Numbered from the stretch's first letter, positions 12,781 through 30,747 are shown. The stretch is DNA of 64,000 nt from Eledone cirrhosa (GCA_964016885.1 OZ024740.1:296670001-296734000); one strand, 5' to 3'. A program made the numbers and translations. The notes: generated by a model from the letters alone, not told the origin.

Positions 12781-15700
12781 CGATAACAATTAACAGTGCT
12801 GCGATCGAATGTGGTTTTTTAGCCTAACCAATGATCTAAAATGTCTTACACAGAGTTGGCAACCAAAACATTCACTGGGAATAGCCGGCTATGGTTGGAG
12901 TTCATGTACGTTTGCATGTCGTTTGAGCCCTCCTGCTGATTTACATTCTCTACCACATGCTTGGCAAGCATGATGAGTAGCATCTCCAACAGCAGCCTGG
13001 TAGTCAACCACTGGTCTCATTTTATGACTGCAAAGACGACTTTCGAGTCCAGCTTTGCTGAGGCAGAGTCTCGCACAGACGCTGCATGTCAGCGCCATAG
13101 GAGGACCTTCACTGTCTGGAAATGCAACAGTAATGCCCTTCCTCACATCCCGCTTTACTTTCTCGTATGCGATTCGAGATGCCTCAAAGGTAACTTTCCC
13201 CTCATATACAGTCTTTCTCCATTTATTACGATCAGTAACAACATTTTCCCATGTATCAGCAGAGATGTGAACATCTTTCAAAGAGGCTTTCTGCGAATCC
13301 TTATACCTCTTTTTTGGTTTATGTGGAGGTCGTTTTCCTTTAACTAACTCTCCATAAAAGAGTTGTTCTGGTATTCTAGAATCCTTCATCCTGGGAAGGT
13401 GACCACTCCAACGGAGTCTTTGCTTAAGCACAAGAGCTTCTATACTGTCACACAGACAGCTTTCCAAAATCTCAACATTACTTATGTGGTCCCTCCAGTG
13501 AACGCCATGGATCCGTCTGAGACACATCTGATGGAAACGCTCCAATTGTTTAAGATGGTGTCGATATGTTACCCAGGTCTCGCAGGCATAAAGAAGACAA
13601 GAGAGCACATATGCCTTGTACACCTTTACCTTTGTCTTCTTGCACATGTCTCGCCGACCACAGAGTCGCCTTTCTAGCTTTCCAAAAGCATCAATTGCTT
13701 TCCTAACCCTGAGTGGAATTTCATTATCAAGGTTGCTGTATCGATTGGCAGTGCTTCCCAGGTAGACAAACTGATCAACCACTCCATGTCGTTTACCATA
13801 CACAGATATTTGGCTCACTGTACTGCTTACCCGGGGCAGGTTGCTACATGACGACGGTTTTCTTGAGACTGACAGTCAATCCTAGGGTAGTGCAAGCATC
13901 AGAAAATGTGCTGCATAGCACTCTCTGTGTGCGCTACAAGATCACAATCATCTGCATGCAAGAGGTCTTTTATGATTGATGTAAATACTTTTGTTTTTGC
14001 AGCAAAGCGCCTGATGTAAAATATGCTGCCTCAGGTTCAATATTGGATGTAAACAACATGCTCGCAATTCCCGGAGGCAATATAGAAAACCATTGCAAAG
14101 TATATGGCAAACAGGGTCGGTGCTGGAATATCCCCCTGTTTCAATCCATTCTTTACTGAGATAGTCTCCGACATGTTACCTCTGACGTTAACCAAAGTCT
14201 TCATCTCTTCATGGAAAGACCTAACCAAAGCAAGGAATTTATCAGGGCAACCAAGTTTCTGAGGAACATTCCATAATGCATTTCTGTTAACAGTATCGAA
14301 AGCTTTTGTCAGATCGACAAAAACCCGATACAGATCCAAACCTTCTTCCATGCACTTCTCCTGGAGCTGTCTAGCTGAGAAGATCATATTAGTAGTGCCG
14401 TGTCCAGCACGAAAACCAGATTGACTTTCAGGAAGAACACAATCTGCAATGTGTGTCAGCAGACGGTTCAGAAGCACCCTACATACATTTTGTTCTATGA
14501 CAGAAAGCAATGATATAGTTCTGTAGTTTCCACAATCATTCTTGTTACCATTTCCCATGTACAAGACCACCATTACTGCATCCCTCCAGTCCTCAGGTAC
14601 GGATTCACTAGCCCATATCTTGCCAAACAAAGAGTGAAGATGTTGCAGGAGTCTCTCACCACCATATTGTAGGAGCTCAGCATGTATGCTATCCATACCT
14701 GGAGACCTTCCACTGTTCAGCTTCGATATAGCTACTGCAATCTCCACAATCGTCGGTAGTTCTGCGAGAGCTACTTTCACAGGTTTTTCTGGAATGAGAT
14801 TGAGGAAATCTTCGTTGACGACAGACGGCTGATTCAAGAGTTCATCAAAGTGCTCTCGCCACCTTCATAGAATTCCTTGTGAGTCACGAAGAAGTTCCTT
14901 GTGATCCTTGCTGCAAAGCAGTGTCACCAGAGAAGAAGACGGTCCATAAACTTCACGCAAGAGACTGTACAACAGCTTTGTGTTATTGGAATCTGATGCA
15001 GCTTGTATCTCATCTGAGAAAGACTCCGCACAACACGTGATTTCACATCTTTGAGTTCCTTATGCAACATATTCTTCTCCTGTGGTTTTGCTGTCAAGTA
15101 ATGTGACACAGCATGCCTCTTATCAGCCAACAAGTCGTCTATGTGTTCATCATTCTCATTAAACCAGTCTTGGTGTTTTCTCTGTGCCAATCCCAGAACA
15201 CGCCTGCCTACATCATAAACCGACTTTTTAAGGGTCGGCCTATCCTCACCAAGATCTGCAACATGCATCTCTTCTCGCAATGTCCTCTTCACATTTTTAT
15301 CTCTAAGACGAGCAGCATTCAATCTTCTGGGCATGGTTACACTAGGAGCCCGAATTTTACGTTTAGTGATTAGTTTCACTTTTGCATGTACCAGGCGGTG
15401 GTCCATCTAGCACGAACACACTGCACATACCATCCGTCATGCATCCTGACAAGGAGGTAGTCCAAAAGATGCCATTCCTTAGATACAGGATGCATCCATG
15501 TGGTCTTAAATTTGTTCTTTTGCTGGAACATGGTGTTGGTAACACACAGATCCAGCTCCTCACACATATGTAGCAGGAGCATACCATTGTTGTTACACTT
15601 TCCCACCCCATGCCTTCCGATTACATTCTATGTGTTAAAATCCCTACCCACTCTAGCATTAAAGTCACCAAGCATGATGACCTTGTCTGCCTGAGTGATA

Positions 15701-16190
15701 TTTCTTAAAACACCTTTCATGGCATGGTAAAAAGACACTTTTTCTTCATCGACAGAATTCATAGTTGGAGCATACACACTCACCAGGGTCGCATATCTTC
15801 CTTTGTCCAGGGGAATTCTAATGGACATAAGACACTCACTAATCCCCACTGGGAATTCTTCTAATTTATCCACAAGAACAGTCTTAACAGTAAATGCTAC
15901 CCTAGCCTCTCTTCTGGTTCCTTCATCTCATTCTTTCCATTTTCTAGGGTGGGTAAAATTCCCGAGATCCATGGACGAGTTCTCTCCAGCGTTCTCTGTC
16001 CATAAGAATGTATATTCTCCACAAAATTCTGTAAGATGATCATCTCCAGCTAACCTCGTCTCAGATAAAGCCACGATATAAAGATCGTAAAGTCAGGACG
16101 TTCCAAGGAATCCCTGTCAAGCAGCGTCCGTACGTTTCAGCAGCCAATATTAAATGATTGTTTGGCTCTATTACAGTGGCACGATGACGA
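12781..16190 (-). mobile_element. RTE-BovB-like LINE, near full length but frameshifted (APE, RT, C-terminal C2H2-like fingers)
   Basis: VSVYAPT, GDFNARVG and TTWMHP.SK.WHLLDY (APE); LPESQSGFR, DLTKAFD and GLKQG (RT); LRWSGH; CSVCARLC and CQACGRECKSAGGLKRHANVH. Confidence 0.9.
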
Positions 16191-16354
16191 ACGGGCCCAG
16201 GCTGTGATACCCTGGGGCCCCTGCCTTTATTGCCAATTATCTCTTTTGTTCCAGAACCTTATTGCCAATTATCTCTTTTATGTTTTGGAACATCATTGAA
16301 TTGGAGTAAAAAAAAAAGGTATAATAATAATAATAATATTAATGATAATAATAA

Positions 16355-18375
16355 ATGTGGAAGCTGTTGACAAGCATTATGTCTGAGGAAATCTACCATC
16401 ATCTCCACACAAACAACTTGTTACCGGACGAACAGAAAGGATGTCGAAAGAAGTCACGTGGTACAAAGGACCAGTTACTTATTGATAAGATGGTAATGAG
16501 GAATTGCAAGAGGAGACACACTGGTCTTGCCATGGGATGGATAGACTACAAAAAGGCATTTGACATGGTGCCTCATTCTTGGATCACCAAAAGCCTGGAG
16601 ATCTTCAAGGTGGCAGATTAGATCAGACAGTTGTTGAGCAAAAGTATGAAGTCCTGGGAAACAGAGTTAACATCAACTGGAGAATCCTTGGGAAGCGTGA
16701 AAATCAAGACAGGTATCTTCCAGGGAGATAGTCTGTCCCCTCTGTTGTTTGTCCTTGCCCTGATGCTCCTTCCCAGTGTACTGCGAAAAGTGAGAGCAGG
16801 ATACAGGTTGGGAAAGGGAGGGCTTACCATCAATCACCTCCTCTTCATGGACGATCTTAAGCTCTTCGGGAAGAGTGAGAAGGAGTTGGATGTGCTTGTT
16901 GACACTGTCCCTATTTTCAGCAATGATATATGTATGCAATTTGGTATTAGTAAGTGTGGAGTCCTTGTGATGAAGAGGGGTAAATTGAGCAGAAGTAACG
17001 GAATCCAGGTACCAACAGGTGATATGATAAAGGAAATTGACCTTGAAGAAGGATACAAGTATTTGGGTGTTCTGGAGGCTGATGACATCAAGAACAAAAA
17101 AAAATGAAGGAATTGATAAGAACTGAATACATTCGGAGAGTAAGGAGCGTATTAAAGTCACATCTGAACAGTAGGAATGCCATAAGTGCAGTACATTCCC
17201 GAGCTGTGTCTATTATTAGGTACAGTGCGGGAATTCTGAGATGGAATGTTGCTGAACAAAAAGAAATGGATAGGAAGACTAGGAAGCTATTGACTATCTA
17301 CAACATGTTCCACAAGAGGAGTGATGTCGATAGACTCTACTTAAGGAGATCTGAAGGTGGAAGAGGTCTTATCAGCATAGAGGACTATGTTCAGATGGAG
17401 AAAAACAACCTACATAAATACGTGACTGATAGTAAGGAGCCAATGCTCAGAACTGTACTGAAGGAGGGGACAATAGAACAGGGGATGTCCAAGGAGGAAA
17501 TAACATCAAGGAGAAAGAGCAGCCTTCAGGAAAAATCCCTTCCTAGTACCTTCTTTGAGAAAACGGAATTCAGAGATCCACAGACATGGAACTGGTTGAA
17601 AAGAGGAGACCTTAAAAAGGCTACAGAAGGAATGTTAATGGCTGCGCAGGAGCAGGCCCTCAAAACAAAGTGGTTGAAACACCATATTTACAAGGAGGAG
17701 GCTAGCCCACTGTGCAGGATCTGTGGAGAGAGAGAGAGGTGACTGTGGCTCACATTGTATCAGAATGTAAACACCTAGCCCAGACTCACTATAAGGGCTA
17801 GAGACATGATGTGATGGGCAGGGTGATCCACTGGCACCTATGCAAAGTAAACAATTTACCACATTCTGAGAAGTGGTATGAGCATAAGCCAGAGTCGGTG
17901 ATAGAAAACGATCAGGTGAAGGCGCTGTGGGATTTTAGGATACAGACGGACAAGAAACTGGAACACAATAGACCTGACCTGGTGGTTGTGGACAAAGAAA
18001 AAAGATCTTGCCTGATTGTGGATGTGGCCTGCCCATTCGACACGAGAGTGCAGGAGAAGGAGAGGGAGAAAATTAACCGATACCAGGACTTAAAGTGGGA
18101 GGTAAAAAGGATTTGGAACTGCCATGAAGTCAAAGTGGTCCCGATTGTCATAGGTGAACTAGGTACTATCTCAAAAAGTTTCCAGGGATGGTTAAAGAAA
18201 ATTGGCCCCTTCACGCTTTTTGGAACGCTTCAAAAGGCATGCTTGCTGGGAACAGCAAGAACCCTCCGATACGTCCTGAATATCTGAGGCTGCAGGTAGT
18301 GGCTTGATATTCATTTCAACAAACTTTCCAGTTAACTAACATCAATGACTGAGACTCAAAGAATAATAATAATAA
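16355..18375 (+). mobile_element. Dong/R4-clade non-LTR element (RLE type), 5'-truncated, inserted in (TAA)n
   Basis: EQKGC, DYKKAFD, GIFQGDSLSP, FMDD, GGRGL, CCHC knuckle CRICG...HIVSEC, RLE motif NRPD..VDVACP..EK..Y. Flanked by (AAT)n on both sides. Confidence 0.9.
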
Positions 18376-18941
18376 TCATCATCACCACCACCACCAAAAA
18401 AATCTAGCCAAGCCAACGAACCCTCCCGTAAGTTTTTGATTTTTACATATTTAAAACAACTGTGATAGAATAATTCTTATTACAAATGAAACATAAGATT
18501 ACAGTTTTGACTCTCAGCAAGCCACAACGCATCACATTATGGCATAGGGCCCCAATATTAATATTTAATTTTGAATCAGAAATGTTATAGTCAAAAAAGA
18601 GAAAAATCGCTACGTGGACAGACAGGCAAATAATTTCACCACCAACACCACCACCGCCACCATCACCACTACCACACAAAAAAATCTAGCCAAGCCAACT
18701 GCTACTTCAACTTCTATTTCTACTTCAACTTCAACACCATCACTACAGTACTACGATCATATCACCACCACCACCACTGCCTCATTATCGCTACCGCCGC
18801 TATTCTCTCCCACTACCTCCTGCTAAGTACTACTATCACATCACCACCACCACCACTGCCTCATTATCGCTACCGCCGCTATTCTCTCCCACTATCTCCT
18901 GCTAAGACAGAGGGATCGTAGTATTCCCACTAAGTGAGGAA

Positions 18942-20078
18942 GCTGTGTCTATTATTAGGTACAGTGCGGGAATTCTGAGATGGAATGTTGCTGAACAAAA
19001 AGAAATGGATAGGAAGACTAGGAAGCTATTGGTTATCTACAACATGTTCCACAAGAGGAGTGATGTCGATAGACTCTACTTAAGGAGATCTGAAGGTGGA
19101 AGCATAGAGGACTGTGTTCAGATGGAGAAAAACAACCTACACAAATACGTGACTGATAGTAGGGAGCCAATGCTCAGAATTGTACTGAAGGAGAGGACAA
19201 TAGACCAGGGGATGTCCAAGGAGGCAATAACAAGAAGGATGAAGAGCAACCTTCATGGAAAATCCCTTCATAGTACCTTCTTTGATAAAACTGAATTTAG
19301 AGATCCACAGATATGGAACTGGTTGAAAAGAGGAGACCTTAAAAAGGCTAAAGAAAGAATGCTAATGGCTGCGCAAGAGCAGGCCCTCAAAACGAAGTGG
19401 CTGAAACACCATATTTACAAGGAGGAGGCTAGCTCACTGTGTAGGATCTGTGGAGAGAGAAAGGAGACCGTGGCTCACATTGTATCCGAGTGTAAACACT
19501 TATCCCAGACTCACTATAAAGGCTGGAGACATGATGTGATGGGCAGGGTGATCCACTGGCACCTATGCAAAGTAAACAGTTTACCAGTATAAGCCAGAGT
19601 CGGTGATGGAAAACGATCAGGTGAAGGTGCTGTGGGATTTTAAGACTCAGACGGACAAGAAACTGGAACACAATAGACCTGACTTGATGGTTTTGGACAA
19701 GGGAAAAAGATCGCGCCTGATTGTGGATGTAGCCTGCCCATTCCATACGAGAGTGCAAGAGGAGAGGGAGAAAATTAACCGATACCAGGACTTAAAGTGG
19801 GAGGTAAAAAGGATTTGGAACTACCATGATGTCAAAGTGGTCCCGATTGTCATAGGCGCACTAGGTACTATCTCAAAGAGTTTCCAAGGTTGGTTAAAGA
19901 AAATTGGTCCCGCCCCGCTTTTTGGAACACTTCAAAAGGCATGCTTGCTGGGAACAACAAGAACCCTCCGATACGTCCTGAATATCTGAGGCTGCAGGTA
20001 GTGACTTGATATTCATTTCAACAAACTTTCCAGTTAAATAACATCAATGACTGAGACTCAAAGAACAATAATAATAAC
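18942..20078 (+). mobile_element. Dong/R4 3' fragment, second copy
   Basis: Highly similar to 17200-18375; (AAT)n tail. Confidence 0.9.
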
Positions 20079-20405
20079 ACTATTAATAATTATTAATTAA
20101 TTGTTTCTACTTTTGGCACAAGGCCAGCAATTATAACATCGCATTACTGGTAATGCAATTGTGCAATGCCTGGGCGTGAAGAATAATTTTAAAGTGAGGA
20201 AAGACTGCGCACTGAGCCAATCCCACTCTCTGAGCGACAGTAGCTATAACCCGAAAAGAAGAAAAGATCAACATCATCGGTAACTACTGAGCCGCAGGTT
20301 TTATGTCAGAGTTAACCCAGTTTCCTGAGATGTCTTCTCCTAGAAGCCCGATTAGTTCTATGTCCCTGCGCATAAAAAAAGCCACTTATTGACACTCATA
20401 TGTAC

Positions 20406-20494
<89 letters not shown>

Positions 20495-21336
20495 ATGCAT
20501 ACAAACAAACACACACACACACCACTCACATACACATACACATATATATATTACCATCATTACTGATACAAGATCATGTCAACTGTTGACTTTCGAAAGA
20601 GTTTGTATAATTGAAGCCGTGTGTTACTGTTCAGTAGTGGATTGGCAGTATCGGTAGAAGGTCGGACGCCATGCTTTGACGCATAGAGTTACGGCCCTTG
20701 TCATTCTGAGTTCAAATCCCGCCGAGGTTAACTTTGCCTTTCATCCTTACATGGTCGATAAAATAAAGTACCAGTAATGCACTGGGTAATTGCTGGCCTT
20801 GTGCCAAAAGTAGAAACAATTATTATTGTCACAATTATTATTATTATTATTGCTTTACAACATAGAGCTATGGCCCTCTACGTTCCAAGTTCAAATCCCG
20901 CCGAGGTCAGCCTTGCCCTTCATCCCCACGGAGTCGACAAAACAAAGCACCACCAATGCGCTGGGACAATCGCTGGCCCCGTGCCAAAAGCAGAAAAATT
21001 ATTATTATTATAGTTGTTGTTTTCTTAAGGCCTGATCGCTGGTGATGGTAATGGTGGTGGTGGTGATGGATGGATGGTGGTGGTGATGGTGGTGGCAGCT
21101 GATGATGATGTTGTTGTTTGTTTGTTTGTTTGTTTGGTTTTTTTTTTAAATTTAATTTTATTGTTTGATGCCGCAGTTGTAAATGTTGGTGCAGTTCCTC
21201 TTGATGTTGGTGTTCATTTCATTCTGATGCTGTTGTTGCTGTAGACATTGGTGTTGGTGTTGGTGTTGTTCTTGTAGATGTTGGGGTTGAAATTTGGTCG
21301 TCTTAACTGAGTGATATATATATATATATATAGACA

Positions 21337-22590
21337 TACTATGTTAATTTTAAATCTAACCACCCCACTAACATTAAAAATGCTATAGTCAGTAATATTG
21401 AAAAAAGAATCTCAAATCTATCCTCTAATAAAGATATCTTCGACGCCAATGCCATTACTATAATAATGCGCTTTCTAAAGCCGGTTATCCTGATAAAATA
21501 AATACAGTAAGGAAACCAATCATCGAAGGTCTTATAGTAAAATAATTAATTATGAACATTCCAATAACTTAAATAAAAGACCTAGACACAAAAATATAAT
21601 TTGGTATAATGCTCCTTTTTCTCTATCTATTAATAATAATTGTTTCTACTTTAGGCACAAGGCCAGCAATTACCCAGTGCATTACTGGTACTTTATTTTA
21701 TCGACCCCGTAAGGATGAAAGGCAAAGTCAACCTCGGCGGGATTTGAACTCAGATCGTAAAGGGACGTAACTATGCTGGAAAGCATGGCGTCCGACCCTC
21801 TACTGATACTGCCAATCCACTATCTATTAATAATAATATTCCTAAACTATTATTTAGGGCCTTAGATAAATGCTTCCCCTCTCACATATCTATAGTAAAA
21901 TCTTTAACAAACATACAATTAAATTTTCTTATTCCACCACTTCCAACATCTCTAACATTATCTCTAAACACAACAATAAAATATTAAATAATAAATTATA
22001 TCCTTCCAACACAACACTAAGCGTCATAATAATAGCAGTAGTATACCCGACGTCATTGTTAACTCTAGGCTAGATTCTGTAAATTTAAATACGACGTCAA
22101 ACGCAACTTCGTTGAATGTTCATAATACCAATCTAAATCAGGAAACTATTGTTCCTATCGTAAATAACTTCTCCAATCCAATTCCTTCTATAAATAATAC
22201 TAGGTCACTTGTTAATAACTCTGTTAATCTCTCTAATCATAATTGTAATTGCCCTATTAGAACTAAATGTCCTCTTAATAACCATTGTCTTGATAAAAAC
22301 TTAGTCTATGAATGTAAGGTTATAACTGATACTAATTCCTTTACCTATTTCGGTTCCACTTCCACTTCCTTCAAAGCTAGATTTTATAATCACAAATCGT
22401 CTTTTAAATACCAACTTAAAAGAACTAACACAGCACTCTCGGAACTCATATGGTCCTTAAAAGACAAAAATATTAACTATAACATCTCTTGGAGAAGGTT
22501 TGCTCCGCCTTTCCTTACTTGAATTCTTCCCTATCCAGAACATGTAATCTCTGCCTAGCCGAGAAATTTACCATTATATCTATAGACATA
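21337..22590 (+). mobile_element. Penelope-like element fragment (GIY-YIG linker), interrupted by a SINE with TSD
   Basis: Paralogous to 53324-54300 (SNHP, WYN.PF, CNCP..CPL..C, VYECK..YFGST). The SINE at 21637-21820 is flanked by a CTATCTATTAATAATAAT duplication. Confidence 0.85.
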
Positions 22591-23549
22591 CGTAGATATA
22601 ATATATATATACATATACACACACAGTAGAGAGATTGCCAACAGCTCAGTGAATTTAGTCTAGATAGAGTAATGACTTGTGTAAATGTAAATGTGGTGGT
22701 GGGGAGATAGTGTAGATGTTATTGTGGTGGCGGGGGGCAGTAAGATGTATCTAGTTCATTTGTCCGTTTTCCTCTCTTTTCAAAATTTGAATTTTTAGTT
22801 ATGTTACTGTAGTGACTCCTTGGGTCGAGAAGGAAAGTTAATGAGAGTTACGTGTCCCATGGAGACTATAAATTGAGAAACTGAAAGTACCCGCTCTCTT
22901 ACAAAGCTAGCCGTCCAGGAGTTAAGATGTAATTTTGCCTTCTCCCACTTTTCATTTCACCCACACCATGTGGAATGAACATATTAAGAGCAACTCTCTC
23001 TCAGGCGACTTCAACTTCGGAACAGAAAACCAATAACACCGTGTAGAGATTAACTATTTCTCACACCTCGTCGCCAATTCTACAACTAATAATACCAATT
23101 ATACATATTATATTATTTCAAAAGGTATGTCTTATTTCCAAGTTGTAACACGCACTCATAACAATTATGATGAGACAATTATAGACACTCGTGTGAGATA
23201 TTTCAGAATGTTCATTTAATTACTTTATTCCTAAATTGATGACCAAATAACGTAAACACTAAATAAAATCGACGAACTTTCTTGCCCGTTAAATTACATT
23301 GGGATGCAAGTAAGTGTAAAATGTAAATAAAGATTGCTCTGGGAAAATATATGAAAATATTTGTGTAACTTCCACAACTTCTATCGGGATATTTCCCGCG
23401 TCTAGTGAGCAAAATTTTGTTGCATTTTGATGTTTCAGAATACAAAAATTAATCAAAACTTACCACACGAAAAGACAGCGTGTGTTGTCCGATCTATACA
23501 TACATACCTACATACATGCAAGTTAAATAAGAAAACATAAGTAGACTAC

Positions 23550-23676
23550 CTTCTTGGTAAAATCGTGAAGAATTTTCAAACATTTGGCTGCTTCTCTCCC
23601 CATAGGATGTAAATTGAAGAGTATATCAGGCCACAGCCATGGAGATTTGGACCGGTAAGCAGCGATATCACTCATT
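23550..23676 (-). CDS. CYP4V-like: CYP4-clan P450 exon C (127 bp; F-G region)
   Basis: ttttAG|AATGAGTGAT...ACCAAGAAG|GTagtc. Translates MSDIAAYRSKSPWLWPDILFNLHPMGREAAKCLKILHDFTKK (CYP4 R...PWLW.D and L.ILH.FT motifs). Not in the ORF track. Confidence 0.92.
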
Positions 23677-24071
23677 CTAAAATATTACACAAAATTAATT
23701 ATTAATTAATTTACTACTAATAAAATTAATTAACAACATATCGGTGGTATTTAACAAAAGATTATGGATCTTGCATTAGTTTCAATGATGAGTGGTACAG
23801 TTATATGTGATCAACAGAACTACCTACTCATTTAATTAAGAGTATTCTACAAACATGTGTACATATAATGTAATCATTGGTCAGATTCAACAGGGCACAA
23901 TGTGTAACAGAGCCAGATCTTAGAATTACAGATCTTTTTGTTTTTAAATAGTTGAGGATTGAAGAATCTATAGTCATGCATGCATATGAATAAATTGAAA
24001 ATATATTTGTATATATACATACATATGCATACATATATACATATATATATACACATGTATATACATATATT

Positions 24072-24154
<83 letters not shown>

Positions 24155-26978
24155 GTATTGGAAAGTCTAAAGAAATAAGGTATGTTTATAAATAAACATT
24201 TTGAAATCTGTAGCTATGCAAAAACACCGGCGGCTATCGCCACCTGGTGGTGTCCAGCAGAAGCAAGGGGGACAATCGTCGATGCATTTCAAACTGAACT
24301 AGTTCTCATCAGGATGGTCTCTCCTGCTCTTGCAACTGCTCTGGACTTGAAAGCAGGCAAGAATATCTACTTTTCTCGTCTGTAAAAATGAAGAGATTAA
24401 TCTCATTTGCATATGAAGCTGTATAAGTTGGCAATATAAGATATCCTCATTCCATCTTAAGATGCATTACTGACTTGCATGTTACGCAACTTGGCGTGTA
24501 GCTTACGAATTCCCTGAAACCTATTGAAGATATTTATCTAATATCTATCGATCAGGTACAAGTTAGTCTTTAACCTGTTTGTATGTTCGTTGTTGTAGTA
24601 TTAAAGTGGCAACACGTCTCTGGTCGCATTTTTCATTGTGTCACATTACCTAACTTATGTTATTACTCTGAGCATTAATTCAATGATTTTGTCTCATTGA
24701 GTGCTTTGTAGCAGCCTCCAAAAAATTTGATTCCGAACTTGCTACTCACAGTTGCAACTTCGGTTATACTCACTATTATTATTGGTGGACCATGTCGGGC
24801 GCATGCTACTCGATCCCGGGCAAATGTGTGAAGCTTTTCAGCGACACTTCGCTCAGCTGTTCGGGGGCAGCGGCGGGCCGGATCGAGGTATGAACTTTAG
24901 TGCCTACCTCGACTGACTGCCGTGGCTCTCGGCCACTGAGGTGGAGTGTTGCGAAAAGCCGATAACAGCAGCTGAAGTACGGGAGGCAATGACTGGCTGC
25001 ACAAGGGGTAAATCGCCTGGTTTGGATGGTCTGCCCTATGAACTTTACGTACAGATGCCAGACTTGTTCGGAGGCATCTTGGCAGACGTCTACTGCAACT
25101 GGCAACAGAACGGGAGAATTCTCAGCTCTGTGAGCCGAGGAGCGGTGGCGCTGCTGAGAAAGGATCCAAACAAGGGGATAACATACATAATTTCAGGCCC
25201 ATAACTCTGCTAAACACAGATTTCAAGATTTTGGCCAAGGTGCAAGCAAAGAGGTTGGCGTTTGTCGTTGGTGGTTTAGTGGGAGAGGTGCAGACATGTG
25301 CCATTCCAGACAGATCTATCCATGACAACCTCCACTTCATGCGATACATCATGGAGAGGGTAGCTAGGGAACTTGGCACGGGTGGGTCCTTGATCAATTT
25401 AGATCAGTCGAAAGCTTTCGATAGGGTCGACCATCGTTATCTGGCGGCAGTCCTAAGGGTGGCTGGTTTTGGGCCCATCTTCAGAGGCTGGATCGCTGCC
25501 ATGCACAGCGACATCTGCTCTGTGGTGAGAGTGAACGGTCACCTTTTGGAAACGTCCCTCTTGTACGTATTGATTCTCGAGCCATTACTGCACAAACTGT
25601 AGACGTTGAAGGGATCCCGCGCGAACTAGGATGCGGAAGATCCGTGTCAGCATATGCAGACGATGTCAACGTAGTGGTATCGAATGCCAAACATATCGAG
25701 GCGATCGGCAGTACACTAAGAGAATACGAAGCGGTGACAGGAGCAATAATCAACCAGGAAAAGTCGGTGGGATTGCAGCTCGGCACCTGGAGAGGCAGGT
25801 CCATGCCGTCCAATAGCGTCGTCGGACGAACTTGCTAGGGGTCTGGTTCAGTCCGGACCTCCAGACGGACAAAAACTGGGACGAGGTGACGAGCAGGGTG
25901 GCTTATCTCACCCAGAAATGAGAAGAGAAGAAGCTATCCCTGAAAGGCCGAGTGGAGGTGGCGAATACGTACATCGCGTCCGTCATCTACTACACCTTGA
26001 CCGTTGTACCTTGTCCTAAGCCTCGCCTGACTGCGCTGGAGCATTTGCTCTTTCGCTTTTTGTGGAAGGGACGCGCTCCGATGGTCAGGCGGTCCATCTG
26101 CTGTTAACACCCGCTATGTGGAGGGCTGGGCATGCCGTGGCTGATGATGCGCAAACACACGCTCAGGCTACGACATCTCCACCTCTTTCTCGACGGTGAT
26201 CAGGTGTGGTCGCCGTTTGCTAGACACGTCTTTCCCCAGCTTGTCTCCTTGACAGAGCTCCAGTCCTGGGTCAAGCGAAGACCGAGAGGGAGCAATTGGA
26301 GACTGGAATGTCTTCAGGCGCTCACAGCCCTCAACCAGTCGGGCAATGTGATCGGTGGAAACTCCACCTTGGCGTTCTATAGAGGATTAGTGGAGGGGAA
26401 GAGCGACGACGTACTTGGAGAAACTCTAGGCGTCGATGAAAATCAACTAGCCAATCTCTTCGGAAGAACTTTCGGGGCCTATGGACAATTTCCAGAAATC
26501 CCTGGCCTGGCAGTGCTACTGAGCAGCTTTGCCAGTTTGGAATAAACTCTACAGGCATGGATGTGCCGTCAGCCGGGCATGTCCGAGATGGGTGCAGGGC
26601 GACGAAACCGTCCTGCACACATTCGTCCAGTGTCCGAGCATTGCTGACTTGTGGGTTTATGTCGAACACCTGCTGTCGCGTGTAGAACGGATCCGGCTAT
26701 CAGCTGAGTCCATCGTGAGGACTGCCCCGCCCTCCTCCTTTAGCCGGGAAGAGCACGCAGTTTTTATCTGTCTGGTGGCCATGGCGAAAGAGATAGTATG
26801 GTGGACGCGTCTGAAAGGGCTGAAGACGAGCACTTACCTCTTCGGTGATGCCCTGATTAACTTTTTCAAATTTCATTTGAAAAGGAAAAGCAGGGTAGAG
26901 AGGGAAGTGCTCTCTTCCCAGCATTTTGTTGAAAGATGGGTGAGAGAGAGGCAAGAATGGCCCGAGTGAATGGGCCTA

Positions 26979-29899
<2,921 letters not shown>

Positions 29900-29924
29900 A
29901 CCTAAGGTTTCAAGACCCAATATT

Positions 29925-29997
<73 letters not shown>

Positions 29998-30747
29998 CTG
30001 TTTGTCTACTGAATACAGAGCTCGATAAGATCAGTGTACTGGAAGTTTAGTTCTGGCATGAAATCTTATGTGACTTTAGACTAGATGTATTTTTAAAAAG
30101 CTGTCTACATAAGCCACATATTAGTTTTGGTTCAGCTTGAACTGCCTGTGTTGAACTGTGAAAAGTCTCTTTAGAGCTCCTCTATCAAAAGCCTTTTTCA
30201 AACACACAAATGCCAGGAGCAATGGCTTATTCTGAGTACTTCTGTAGTTGTCTTATGAGAAAGAGGGCTATTGGTATTACAATTACCTGACATAAAGCCA
30301 AACTGCATCTGATCTAACTTAATTTTGTCTCTAGATACTTGTGATAATCTGATCCATCAACTTGATTCCTCTGTAGTTTTCTTTCTCCAATGCATCATCT
30401 TTTCTATTGCAGTAGTTTACAATGACACTGCAGTACCAGTCATTGGGTGTGACACCATCCCAAAATACTCAATTAATTTTGTATTTGACTAGATTGTAAC
30501 CTACCTTATCATATATTTATAGCATCTTGGCAAGTATACAGGATGGTCTAGCAGCCGTCCCTACCTTCATATCCTTAATTGCTTTGTCTTCCCAGCTACT
30601 AACAACTTTTATGGCTGGCCCTATAATTGGCTGTGCGACTTTAGCAGGGTGGGTGGCTTTAAAATACTGTGAAGTGATACAATATATTTAAAATTATCTG
30701 TAAGAATGTATCAGAATAAAATAGTCACATAATATCAAAACACCTAC

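Noticed and set aside
23110-23535. Possible Helentron/DINE-like element next to the exon C donor
   Set aside because: Only a TTATTTAACTTGCATGTATG-like terminus is seen; the other end could not be defined.
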